Part shown: positions 23,997-36,785 of the stretch, piece by piece | Position numbering within the stretch: position 1 is the stretch's first letter | Layout of the letters: each line of letters begins with the position of its first letter | Assembly (NCBI RefSeq): GCF_022539665.2 | Contig: NC_081333.1 | Span: forward strand, 3,472,001-3,536,000 | Direction of reading: 5' to 3' | Source of the DNA: Daphnia carinata | Taxonomy: Eukaryota | Length of the DNA stretch: 64,000 nucleotides | Notes under the pieces: model-generated | What the model was told of the DNA's origin: nothing | What the model saw: only the letters and a program-made list of their open reading frames with translations | Databases searched by the model: none | Position numbers and translations under genes: made by a program

Positions 23997-25442
23997 TTAT
24001 TCACTGGATTTGGCCACTGGAGTTTTATTGCAAACCGAAGAGGTACCAACAACCACTTCCTGTATTTTTAACACAGAAAAACGAATGAACATTTCATATG
24101 GTGGTAGTAGAATGTCATCAGTGAACTCATGTTTCCATTTGCTTCATACTTTGTTTGACCGTGCAGAGTCGTTACTATTCATGACAGCTACGTTGGCGGA
24201 CATTTGAATTTGTTGCCCTGCCATTCTGGTTTGAACGACGGTCGAGCATCCCTTCGTAGACACAAAAACATTGGATTTTAAAGAGACAAATCATCTGCAT
24301 CTAGTTTTTAATTAGCTAACGTTTAGTAATATTGCCTTCGCTGCGCAGATCATGGCTTTCGTCGCAATGGCCGAATTACTACCTGTGAAATTAACAGTCA
24401 AATTTGAATATTGGCAATTGGCGAAATGATTAAAGGAAGAACATGCCTTCGCTCGACTTCGCAGCTAATTGTTCCATACCATTGATTTTAGGCAAAGTAA
24501 AAGTCGATGACAAACATGATTCCAGTACAGGTAAGGCACTGGTTCTTTGCTCCTCGGACAGCGAAGTTGTGTCAATTATTCCTTGTTTCAAATACGTAAT
24601 GTTCGTGAAACCGGCCATGCCCGGCTTGAAATAAAACAATAGTTACAAAATCGTAATAATGTCTAATTTCAAGATTTTATCTATTTTAGATATTAACTTA
24701 CTGGACTAAGCGTTCCAACTACACACTCCATCACCATCTAAAAAAGAACGTTATCGTACAGCTGTGTAATTTTGAATTTATTTTGGGCGAGACTTACGGG
24801 AAATATGGACTGTGCTGTATGGTGAATAACATCAGAAGAAACATCTTCGTGTCCCCCATCTGTTAAAATTTCCATTTTGCTGCAATCTAAAATTTTCGAT
24901 TTCATTTGCTGTTATGAAAGCTGGGGGGCAATTAGGAAAACTGAATATTATAAACAAACCCGATAAAGTCACACTTCCCGATTTGATGCTACAATTTGAT
25001 TTCAAAATGCAGGTCTTGATAAGTCCACGTTGCAAGGGCGTAATACACCCAGTCTAACACAATTACATTTAAACGAGTTTTAGGACAGACAATTTACGAT
25101 AAACACAATACGTTACCATTTGCGACAACGGTAGTTCACTGATGTGTTTCGGAATATCTGAATCCAACGAGAACGAACGAATTATGTTTAAGAAAATCAA
25201 TGTATTGCAAACAGCTGAATTTGACTTACCATCTGATTTCAAAGCCAGAACTAATTCGGTGAGATGATCAAGCGTTTCTTGCTCAATCATTTGGAGAGGA
25301 TTACCTGATGGCTTCGAACGTACATCGACCGGATTGGCCTGAATGAATAAAGTTATTTTTTTTTTACAACAAACTATAGACAGCATATACATTAAATTAC
25401 CGAGCTTAAGTAGAAGACAGACAGGATAACGATGAGTTTCAT
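23997..25442 (-). CDS. Secreted Cys-patterned protein, paralogue C
   Basis: MKLIVILSVFYLSS|ANPVDV...|TGCITPLQRGLIKTCILK...|MVMECSWNA...|...TTSLSEEQRTSALPVLESCL...|...KAMICAAKAILLN|GCS...; 3' end approximate. Confidence 0.65.
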
Positions 25443-25887
25443 TCTCCAACGTTGTCAGGATAACAATAGACAGTGTGCAAAAATGTTTTCCAACTTTTAT
25501 ACGCGGGATCCAGGGAAAAGTTGCTAAATGGCCTGGTGACAATGGCTGACACCAAAATAATATTTAAACAAACAGCTTCGGCTACCATGCGTATCGAGAA
25601 AAGCCTTAAGGCATACAAATCACACGATTATTCAGCAAATATCAGCATCCTCATAATTGTGTGAACCTATTGGTTTATTGATCATCCGCCAAGGTTTTTT
25701 CTTACGTAAAAATGGGAGGACATGGGAAAACCCACAATTTCATACAGTAACAGGTGACAAGCAAATTTTATCAGAATTTTTTGTTTGGGTTGTAAGCATT
25801 CGTGTGCGTTAACATGACAAAAGGCAACAAATGGAAAGTACATGATTGTGCGCTATTATTTTGGTCACAAAGTCATTTCCAAATAAC

Positions 25888-27019
25888 CTATGTACTTGTT
25901 TTATCTCCTTGTTCCCGGCTAATTTTCTTATCCATGTCTGACATGGTTGTCGCCTCAGTGTCCGGAGTAGATGTAGATGTAGGTGTAGTGCCTGTAGTAG
26001 GTGTAGTGCCTGTAGTAGGTGTAGTGCCTGTAGTAGGTGTAGTGCCTGTAGTAGGTGTAGTGCCTGTAGTAGGTGTAGTGCCTGTAGTAGGTGTAGTGCC
26101 TGTAGTAGGTGTAGTGCCTGTAGTAGGTGTAGTGCCTGTAGTAGGTGTAGTGTCTGGAGTAGATGTAGGTGTTTTACCCGGAGTAGGTACAGTAGTTGTT
26201 GAAGTAATCACGGTTGGTGTTAAACTTGTTGTATGGGCGCTTAACTCAGTTCCTGAAAAAAATTAAAATTAATTGTTGGGTTCTAATGTAATCAAGGTGT
26301 GAGCGCTAACGGGTTAGTTACCTCTTTCATGTGAATGCTTTCCGTTGTGGTGATGTCCAGCTCCATGGTGGCGATGATGTCCATGTTCATGTGAATGCTT
26401 ATGTTTATGTTCATGCGAATGGCGATGATGGCCAGAGCCTTTTGGTTTTTGTTTATGCGAATGACCGCGTTCTCCGGAGCCTTTGCGGCCGCGTTCATGT
26501 GAATGACTTCCATGTCCACCTTTTCGTTTTTTGCCTACACGTGTCGTCCTAACTGTTGAATTTGCATCTTCCTGAAAAAAAAAATGACGTTTCGCATTGG
26601 TATTAATGTTAAATTTGCATTTTTCATCGATCTGTTAATGTCAAGGTCGGAGTTACTTACATCTTTGTCTTCGTTGCTGTCCTCGAATGCAGCAAACTCA
26701 CGGGCCATTTCTGCAAGCGTGAGTTTGCGGAAAGACGCTGGGTCATCTTCGTAATCCTACAGGACGATCATAATTCTGGTGTGAAAATTTCATGTGCAAA
26801 TACGAGTTAGCCTAACAGAAAACTCACTATTTTAGCGACGCGGCCCAGTGCGACATCACGGAAACCACCTACTGCTTTGCCCTTTGATTCAGTCAGCGTA
26901 CGGGCCTAAATTGATACGAATAAATAAAGAATTGTAATAAACGAAATTTCAATTTCTTTTTACAATAATCTTATTACCAAAGTACAAGAGATGGCAAAGA
27001 GGATGTAAATAAACTTCAT
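25888..27019 (-). CDS. Secreted protein with acidic, His-rich and Thr-rich (mucin-like) segments
   Basis: Five in-frame exons: signal MKFIYILFAISCTL; ARTLTESK...; DYEDDPASF...; His-rich GHGSHSHE...HRHSHEHKHKHSHEHGHHRHHGAGHHH; and TPTTGT repeats. Confidence 0.78.
25978..26155. repeat. 18 bp coding tandem repeat (GTAGGTGTAGTGCCTGTA, ~9-10 copies)
   Basis: Perfect repeats encoding TTPTTG on the minus strand. Confidence 0.95.
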
Positions 27020-28013
27020 TCTTTGCTATGGAAGTGTTGTGTAGTTAGCCAAGCAACTGACTGAAATTGCAACCAACACTTCTTTTATACTTGTTTAAAA
27101 AACGAAAGATAGGATTCTCGTGTGAAAAAAAAAAGGACGAGTACCTTAGATGTTCCCATCTCTTTCAGCTTGAAGAACTTCCTTATGCTCTCCTTACTCC
27201 TTATGCTGGGATATGCTCTACTCGTCACGTATGGGAAAAATTCAAGGGCAAGATCATTTATTGCTACGCCGATAGCGGAAATGAATCCCTATAAAATATT
27301 TTCCATAAACAATTTCCGGTTTTAGAACATAAAAACAAAAGCACAAAACGTAAAAACACCTAGCTGCAACTATCATGCTGTTTTCAATGTAAATGTTTAT
27401 GAATACGAAACCGGTCATCCCATTATTTTTATCTCACGTTCCGAATGGCATTCAATTCGCAATGTACCACCATCGTAGATTTGTCACACCATTTGCCGCT
27501 TCCGAAACATTACGCATTTTCCTGGGATTTATACGTTTTTAAGACGTTTACCACCGTTCTGTGTAACACGAAAAAGTCCGATGTTATTAGTTTTACAGTC
27601 TCAACGCAGGTGGTCAAAACTACACCTTCCACTTCAAAATAATATCAGCCATATTGACCTTGCGATTGCATTCTCCCGGAATGTACATCTTTGGTTGCCT
27701 GTTGATATGCTCGATTGATAACTGATAAGTAACTGGCGTGTGTAAGCGCATATCCCATCCTAAGGAAATGTAGAAAAAAAAACGAATTTAGACCCGTCTA
27801 CATTACATACAAGTTCTTGGTTTTTTCCCCCATTTTCATAGATAACGTTATTGATATGGACATGCAGATAAAATCAAGACTTAAAATTATTTAGTCGTAC
27901 CTGAAATATCAAACCAGAAAGCGCATGTATTCCGGTTGTGCGCCCAAATAATCAACTAAGTTTAGGATTTATTTGTCAACCAACACGATCCTGCAGGAAA
28001 AGTTAGTTTTAAA

Positions 28014-29191
28014 ATGCCAGGAGAACACATTGGAGCTATTTGGTTAAACAGGAGAACTCCTCACTTATTATTAGGAAGAGGACGGTTCAGTGAAGTTTAT
28101 ACCTGGGTAAATTGAATGGCAACAGGGATGTCGCTATTAAACGGATGGTAGTAGAAATCAGCCGAATGCAGATTATAATAAAATCCCAGAAAATCAGCCG
28201 GATGCAGATAATAATCAAATCCCAGAAAATCCGCCGAGTCCAGGTTATAATCAATTTGTTAACGAAGCTCGGAAAACGATGAGAAGCAACCGAATAAATG
28301 AAGCTCTGGGCCGGCTTGATCATCCCAATGTCATCAAACTGTTACACGTCGAAGAGAAAAATTCAATTAAGTACACAAATTGCGAATTACATGCAAAAAT
28401 TACATCAGCATCATATAGTAACTATCAATTTAAACACTTATTTTCAGATACTTCGCGCTTGAATTGCGTCCCGCTACGCTCCATCAATACTGCATGGGAG
28501 AGCGTCATGAACCAATGCCATCTGAAGCACAGATCCTACTAGACAGGATAAAAGGTTTACGATATGTTCATTCCCAAGGACTCGCCCATCGAAGCATTGA
28601 GCCAAAAAACATACTCATCTCAAAATTTCCTACCCGTTATCATTCTCTCCGATTTCGGGTTGAGTAAAGCTCTCAACCCAAAGGATTCATACTCTGTCAG
28701 TCAACACACGTTACTTAAACAGGATCATCAACTACGCTGGTTGGCTCCTGAAATGCTGGATGACCCTGACGATCAAGGTTTCTCAGAGAAAAGAGGTTCC
28801 ATCGCTAGCGATACCTTCTCGATGGGTTGCGTGTTTTTCTTTTACCTATCGCTGGGTGCGCACCCCTTTGGATTTGACTCACTTTCTACTCACACGAACA
28901 TTACAGATGAAACCCCCGTCAATCTAGAACGTAAGTTGACAAAGTTTGCCATTCTAACTAAACGTTCCTTTGACTAGTAATTTACAAATAGATTTACATG
29001 AAGAACAACATCGATTCAAGAGCATGATTAAGCGCATGATCTTAAAGAAACCTGCAGCTCGTACGAAGCTCGAATACGTTGAAAAAAACCTTAACGAAAT
29101 GGTTGGACGATACCTGTCTGAACCTGATACGGAATACACCGAAACACCAGGCGATGATCAAGACCCACCTCTAGATGAAAGTCCCGACTAG
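28014..29191 (+). pseudogene. IRE1-like pseudokinase, copy 1 (frameshifted)
   Basis: LGRGRFSEVY, VAIKR, HPNVIKLL, HRSIEPKN, SDFG, WLAPE, SDTFSMGCVFFFYL...HPFG. Frameshifts at ~28099, ~28155 and ~28637 relative to copies 2/3. Confidence 0.82.
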
Positions 29192-30025
29192 CTAAGGTGA
29201 AACGTCGATCGTCTTAATACGTAATTCAAAAGCTGTTTTTAATAAACGAACTATTACAAAAACATTGTTTGAATTGAAATGTCTCACCTAATTATTTCAC
29301 AGTTGAAGTAGGAATGGTTTGTTTGTCTAGGCTACTCACAGCGTTTATCGTTGTTCTGACATGAAAATACACCCACATCCATCCACCGTACCAGTCATAT
29401 CCATTCTCTTTATCCCACGTTCCGAATGGCATTCAACTCGCAATGCACCACCATCGTAAACGTGTCAAAACCAGTCCATTTCCCGTTTCCGAAACATTAC
29501 GCATTTTCCTGGGATTTAAACGTTTTTAAGACGTTTACCACCGTTCTGTGGAACACAAAAAAGTGCGATGTTCTTAGTTTACGTGGTCAGTACAGCAACT
29601 TCCACTTAAAAATAATATCAACCATATTTACCTTCCGATTGCAATTTCCCGCGAATGTATATTTTTTTTTCACCATTCCCGTGTCTATAACTCATGAATC
29701 TTGGGTTGTCTCTTGATGCTCGCTTGTTAACTGATAAGCAACTGTCGTGTGTAGCTGCATATAAAATCCCAATGAAATGTAGATAAAAAAAAAAACGAAC
29801 ATAGACCATTCTACACAATCAAGTCTTGTTCGTTTTTTTTATCACTTCTGTAGATAATTTTACTGATACGAACGTATGTTCACATATAATCAAAACTAAA
29901 TTTTTTTTAGTCGTATCAGAAACAACAAACCCAAAGCGCATCTATTGCGGTTAGACGTCAGAATCAACTACGTTTAGGATTTGTTTCTCAATCAACACGA
30001 TCCTGCAGGAAAAGTTAGTTTTAAA

Positions 30026-31174
30026 ATGACAGGAAAACACATTGGAGCTATTTGGTTAGACACGACAAATCCTCGCTCATTATTAGGTGAAGGACAGTAC
30101 AGTGCTATATACCTGGGTAAGTTGAATGGCAGCACGAATGTAGCCATTAAAGTGATTGAAGTAGAAGATCAGCCGGATGAAAAGTATAATCAACTCCCAG
30201 AAGATCAGCCGGATGCATACCATAATCAAATGCCAGGACAAATGCCGGCCAAGCAGAGAAGCAACCGAATGAATGAAGTTCTGGGCCGACTTAAGCATCC
30301 AAATGTCATCAAACTGTTAGGGGTCGAAGAGGAAGATTCGATTAAGTATACAAATCGCGAATAACCTACTAACACTACCAGCCTCATAAAGTAATTATCA
30401 ATTTAAATGCTATCACTTTTCAGATACTTTGCACTTGAATTGTGCGCAGCTACGCTTGATCAGTACTGCAGGGGACTCTATACTGGACCAATGCCACGCG
30501 AAGAAGACGTTCTACTACAAATGATAAGTGGTTTACGATATGTTCACTCGGAAAAATACGTCCATCGAAATATTGAGCCAAAGAACATACTCATTTCAAA
30601 ATTCCCTATCCGTATCATTCTGTCCGATTTCGCGCTGAGCAAACCTATCGACCCAAACGGATCACTATCTGTCAGTAAAAATATGTCAATTAACCAGGGT
30701 CGTCAACTATGCTGGTTGGCTCCCGAAATGTTGGATAATCCTGACGATCCAGGTTTCTCGGAGAAAAGAGGTTCCATCGCTAGTGACACCTTCTCGGCGG
30801 GCTGTGTCATTTTCTATTACTTAACGCTAGGCTTGCATCCCTTTGGATCTGATTTGCATTTTCTCACATGAACATTTTAAATGGAGAACCCGTCAATCTA
30901 GAACGTAAGTTGACAAAGTTTGCCCTTCTAACTAAACGTTCCTTTGAATAGTAATTTACAAACAGATTTACACGAAGAACAACATCGATTCAAGAGCATG
31001 ATTGAAGCTATGATCTTAAGGGAACCTACAGCTCGTCCGGAGCTCAAAGACGTTGAAAAAATTCTCAAAGAAATGAGTGGATCATACCCGTCTGACCCTG
31101 ATAAGGAATACGCCGAAACACCAGGCGATGATAAAGACCCACCTCTAGATGAACGTCCTGACTGGATAAGGTGA
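30026..31174 (+). pseudogene. IRE1-like pseudokinase, copy 2 (1 bp deletion near 30860; nearly intact)
   Basis: LGEGQYSAIY, VAIK, HRNIEPKN, SDFA, WLAPE, HPFG. TTGCATTTTCTCACATG vs copy-3 TTGCATTCTACTCACATG gives a premature stop at 30871. Confidence 0.75.
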
Positions 31175-32339
31175 AACGTCGATCGTCCTAGAACGTAATT
31201 CAAAAGCTGTTTGTAATAAAGGAAATTTTACAAAAACATTTTTTGAATTAAAATGTCTCACCTAATTATTTCACAGTTGAAATAGGAATGGTTTGTATGT
31301 CTAGGATGATCACGGCGTTTATCGTTGTTCTGACATGCAAATACACCCACATCCACCAATCGTATCAGTCATATCCATTCTTTTTTTTTCCACGTTCCGA
31401 ATGACATTCAATTCGCTAAGCACCACCATCGTAGATTTATCATATCAAGACCATTTGCCGCTTCCGAAACCGGCCGAAACATTACGCATTTTCCTGGGAT
31501 TTATACGTTTTCAAGACGTTTACCACCGTTCTGTGTAACACGAAAAAGTCCGATGTTATTAGGTCACAGTCCCACTTCAGGTGGTCAAAACTACATCTTC
31601 CACTTCAAAATAATATCAGCCATATTTACCTTCCGATTGCACTTTCCCGGAGTTTATTTTTTTTTTTTTCACCCCTTCCGTGTCTATAATCCTGGGTTGT
31701 CTGTTGATATGCTCGACTGGTAATTGAGAAGCAACTAGCGTAACCGCATACCGAATCCTAAGGAAATGTAGAAAAAGAACGAACATAGACCCGTCTACAT
31801 TATACAAGTCTTGGTTTTTTTTTTTTTTCTTTTCACCATTTTCGCATATAATGTTACTGATATGAACATGCCGATATAATCAAAAATAAAATTTTTTAGT
31901 CATACCTGAAACACCAAACCCACAGCGTTCTATCTCCGGTTGTGTTAAGAATTGCCACCATGTCGCTGCGGAATGGCCACCTAGATGGCACTAATTCAAG
32001 CGGAGAAATTGCACTTGGCAATAGAAATTTCTTGGATACTGTTTAGCCACCACTTGTTGATTCAATTGAGTCTACTGCACCGCCTTCACGTGTTACTTGA
32101 TAGCTGGCTGGCATAATTATTCCTTCACGTGTTACTTGACAACTGCCTGGCATAATTATTCATTTTGTGTTGAAACTGAAACTGTTACTCAGCCTTTCTT
32201 CTTATCATTTGCACGTATGAAAATTATAAAATATTTTCCATATTCCGTGTACAAGTTCCAGATTGTACGTCGCAATAGTAAAGTACCTTAAGGATTTGAT
32301 GTCAACCAACACGATCCTGCAGGAAAAGTTAGTTTTAAA

Positions 32340-33499
32340 ATGCCAGGCCAACGCATCGGAGCTATTTGGTTAGACATGACAACCCCTCGCTTATTATTAG
32401 GAAGAGGACAGTTCAGTGAAGTTTACCTGGGTAAATTGAATGGCAACAGGGATGTCGCCATTAAACGGATGGTAGTAGAAAATCAGCCGAATGCAGATTA
32501 TAATAAGATCCCAGTAAATCAGCCGGATGCAGAAAATAATCAAATCCCAGAAAATCCGCCGGATCCGGGTTATAATCAAATCGTTAACCAAACGCCGAGC
32601 ACGATGAGAAGCAACCGAATAAATGAAGCTCTGGGCCGACTTGATCATCCAAATGTCATCAAACTGTTACACGTCGAAGAGAAAAATTCAATTAAGTATA
32701 CAAATTGCGAATTACCTACCAATATTAGATCAGCCTCATAAAGTAATTATCAATTTAAACACAATTACTTTTCAGATACTTTGCACTAGAATTGTGTGAC
32801 ACTACGCTCCATCAGTACAAAATGGGACCATGTAATGAAGCAATGCCTAATGAGGTATTCGTTCTACTAGACATGATAAAAGGTTTACGATATATTCATT
32901 CCAATGGATTCGCCCATCGAAATATTGAGCCAAAGAACATACTCATTTCAAAACCACCTATCCGTATCATTCTCTCCGATTTCGGGCTGAGTAAACCTAT
33001 CGACCTAAACGGATCATACTCTGTCAGTCAAGACAGAGCGTTACTTAGACAGCGTTACTTAACGAAGATGTTCAACTGCGCTGGCTAGCTCCCGAAATGC
33101 TGGATAACCCAGACGATCAAGGTTTCTCAGAGAAAAGAGGTTCCATCGCTAGCGACACCTTCTCGATGGGCTGCGTCTTTTTCTTTTACCTAACGCCAGG
33201 TTTGCATCCCTTTGGATCTGGTTTGCATTCTACTCACATGAACATTGTAAATGGAAAACCCGTCAATCTGAAATGTAAGACAAAGTTTGCCACCCTAATT
33301 AAACGTCCCATTGAATAGTAACTTACATATAGATTTACCCGAGGAACAACAACGATTCAGAAGCACGATTGAAGCCATGATCACAAACGAACCTGCAGCT
33401 CGTAAGGGTCTTGCAGACGTGGAAAATGATCTTCTCGAAGTAATTGCTAATCTAAACCTCATTGAACCTCAGATGGAACGTCCCGATTGGCTAATGTGA
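32340..33499 (+). pseudogene. IRE1-like pseudokinase, copy 3 (frameshift from a ~14 bp duplication at ~33030-33062)
   Basis: LGRGQFSEVY, VAIKR, HRNIEPKN, SDFG. A duplicated GACAGCGTTACTTA shifts the frame before WLAPE. Confidence 0.8.
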
Positions 33500-34755
33500 A
33501 ACGTCGATCGCCCTTGCACATGATTCAAAGCACGACTGATGTTAATGAGGACAATTTAACATTTTCTTTACTTAATTAAGACGTTTTACCTGATTATTTC
33601 TAAGCTGAATTAGGAATGGTTCATCAACAGGCTAGTCAAGGAGTTTGCCATTGTTCTGACCTGACAATATACCCATATTTACCAATCGTCCCCGTTTTTT
33701 TACCTTCCCTTTACAATATTTACGCTAGATTACCTAAAATGTTTACCAAATTCATCCAATCAGAGTTCGGCGCACGAAGTGATCACGTTCCCTTGAGTAA
33801 ATTGTTTTTTGAAAAAATGATTGGTCACAGCTGACAAGACCGTACATGCTTGTCAGAAGTCACTTGTCAAAGAGCATCTTCTACACGCCTGTTACTTAAG
33901 TTACTGGACTATTTTTTTCTCGATGTAACAGGTTTGAGCAAATAGATCAGCATTGACGTCACGGAATGGCCCCACGCAAATGTAAATCGCAAATGAGATT
34001 ACAAAAAATGCCTCTTTTACGCCTATTCCTAATTCAACAAACTTTAAGCTAATAGCTGCTAAACAATAAATTATACTGCTTAATGGATCTAAAAATGGAT
34101 GAACGTCATAGACGAGGACCACAATTTCTATAATCCCCAGCCCTCTTATAGCAGCCAAACGACTAAATTTGAGCTATGTCCGCACTCGTTAAACGCAAAT
34201 GAACGTTCGTTTCCACATTAGTTACAATGTTCCATGAACACGTTACGCACCAAGAAGAGTACAAAGAATGTCTAACGCTATTAAATGGAGTTTATAAGTG
34301 ATACTAACGATCCCAACGTTTTTTCCCTGCCGATAGCTCAAGTTCGTGTAAACATGATAAACGGAATAAGTCAGCCCTAAAACCAAATCCAACAAACAAC
34401 ACGGCTGGAGTAAACAAGCCAAAGTTTCGAAAATCGTGCCGTTAAATTTGTTACCGACCTTTGTAGTGTCACTTGCTGTTTGATCAAGATCCTCGTGTTC
34501 TCTCGTATCCACGAGTCGATCCCCTATCTCTAATTGACTCAAAAGTTAGAAGCTGTTAGATGATTGGTGGATAATACTAGTTTAAAATTATTACCATGAT
34601 AAGCTTTATTTACGTTTTACGGTTGCTATATCTATCCATGCGTAGACTGGCAGGTATATAAATGGCGGGCTGGTCCACTTTTGCCTCAAGTTGTTCAGTC
34701 CACAACGAGTTGTGCACTTGACAAATTTCCGATCACCCCAAACAAGACCATCATC

Positions 34756-36473
34756 ATGCGGACGCTCGTCTTGGCTTCGTGGTGCTTCTGCCTTTTTGCA
34801 GCCGTCTCTTCGCAGAATGTGGGCACTCAGGCAGTCGAAGAACCATTGAACTTGCCCATCTCAGTCTGCTCAGGCCCTGGTAACTGCCAAACAGAAGCCG
34901 ATGGTGTCGTCCTCGATGCCAATTGGCGCTGGACTCACACGGTATGTTGAATTAAAATAATTTTTCTTTGTGATATTAAGACATCGTTTTACCTTACTCT
35001 GATGCAGACTACAGGTTACACCAATTGCTACACCGGCAATGTGTGGGACACTTCCCTCTGCCCGGATCCGGACACTTGCACCACCAACTGCGCGATTGAT
35101 GGTGTCCCAGTGGCTGACTGGACCGGAACGTACGGTGGCACTGTCTCTGGCAATGCCCTCTCCCTTAAATTCGTTACCCAGGGACCATACAGCAAGAACA
35201 TCGGATCCAGGACTTACCTACTTGATTCTAGCAAACAAAGGTAAGTTTCAAACTTTCACAATCATCTCAGAAGATTCATTAAACATACGGAAATACCTAT
35301 TCTAGGTACCGCATGTTCCAGTTGTTGAACAAGGAATTCACCTACGACGTCGATGTCTCGACCCTTGACTGCGGCTTGAACGGTGCTCTTTACTTCGTAA
35401 GTTGAAACTGTTACCATATTTTTTTTAGAAATTCACGATAAGTTAAAGATGAATGGCATACCGTTTGACAGGTATCGATGGATGCCGATGGTGGTGCGGC
35501 CAAATACCCGACCAACAAGGGAGGAGCCAAGTACGGCACCGGCTACTGCGACGCCCAGTGCCCCCACGACATCAAGTGGATCAACGGCAAAGCCAACAGC
35601 AAGGACTGGAAACCGAGCTCCAACGACGCCAACTCCGGCAAGGGCTACTACGGCAACTGCTGCGCCGAGCTGGACATTTGGGAAGCCAACAAACAGAGCC
35701 AGGCTTTCACCACTCACCCTTGCACTACCAACGATCAGACGCAATGCGAAGGAACTGTCTGCGGTGATAATGACACTGGTGACAGGTTAGTCATATCTAC
35801 AAATCAGTCAGATGATTAGATCTTTTAAAAACGTGAAATATCCAGATACAACGGCATGTGCGACAAGGACGGTTGTGACTTTGCCTCTTACCGAATGAAC
35901 GACCATACCTTCTACGGGCCCGGCTCCGGTTTCCAGATTGACAGCACTAGGCCTTTCACCGTTGTATCCCAATTCCTCACCACCGATGGCACTGACAACG
36001 GAGACTTCAAGGAATTCCGTCGTTTCTACGTCCAGGACGGACGTCGAATTGAAAACTCTAAAGTAGAATTAATTTAAGAAAATCAGTTAAACAAAACCTT
36101 ATTTAAATGAAATTTACAGGTCAATTTCCCCGGTGTTACTCCCTACGATTCCATCACTGACCAAATGTGCGCCGACACCAAGGCTCTCTTCGGCGATTTG
36201 GACGACCACAAAATCAAGGGTGGTTTGAAACAGATGGGTGAAGCCATGAGAAAGGGCATGGTGCTCGTTATGTCTCTCTGGGATGACCACGATGTCAACA
36301 TGCTCTGGCTCGACAGCAACTACCCACCCAATGGTGACCCTAACCAGCCGGGAGTCGCTCGCGGGCCGTGTCCGACCACCTCAGGTGAACCATCAGAAGT
36401 CGAAGTAACACAGGCCAACGCCGTGATCAAGTTCAGCAACATTAAATTCGGACCCATTGGTTCAACCGTTTAA
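34756..36473 (+). CDS. Glycoside hydrolase family 7 cellobiohydrolase (Cel7), secreted, no CBM
   Basis: Exons 34756-34941, 35008-35240, 35306-35396, 35472-35785, 35846-36062 and 36120-36473. Motifs [31 protein letters not shown], catalytic [40 protein letters not shown]. Confidence 0.97.
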
Positions 36474-36785
36474 AACTTTCACTGATTTTCACGTCCCTCC
36501 TAAAATGTTGATTATTCTGATTTCCTTTGAGCAATGAGAACTTCCAACTTAATACAAATTTTACTAAAAAGCATATTAAACTGTTAATTGAAACTTTATA
36601 ATCTAATATCTATAATGAAATGAATTGAAATGACATAATTTATTTAGATCTTCAAAACCTTAAGGCTTTGTTGAGGCACTACACCTGCCAATAAATAGCC
36701 TTCACCATAACAATAAGACCTGGCAGTGGATCGACGTTACGTCGAGCTCAAGGAGTATAACGTTACCGCAAGACATTTTGTAACA

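Larger units (their letters stand above)
27410..33690 (+). repeat. Tandem triplication of a ~2 kb unit (upstream region plus IRE1-like kinase gene)
   Basis: CACGTTCCGAATGRCATTCAA recurs at ~27435, ~29416 and ~31391. Upstream, intron and 3' sequences are shared across the three units. Confidence 0.92.
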
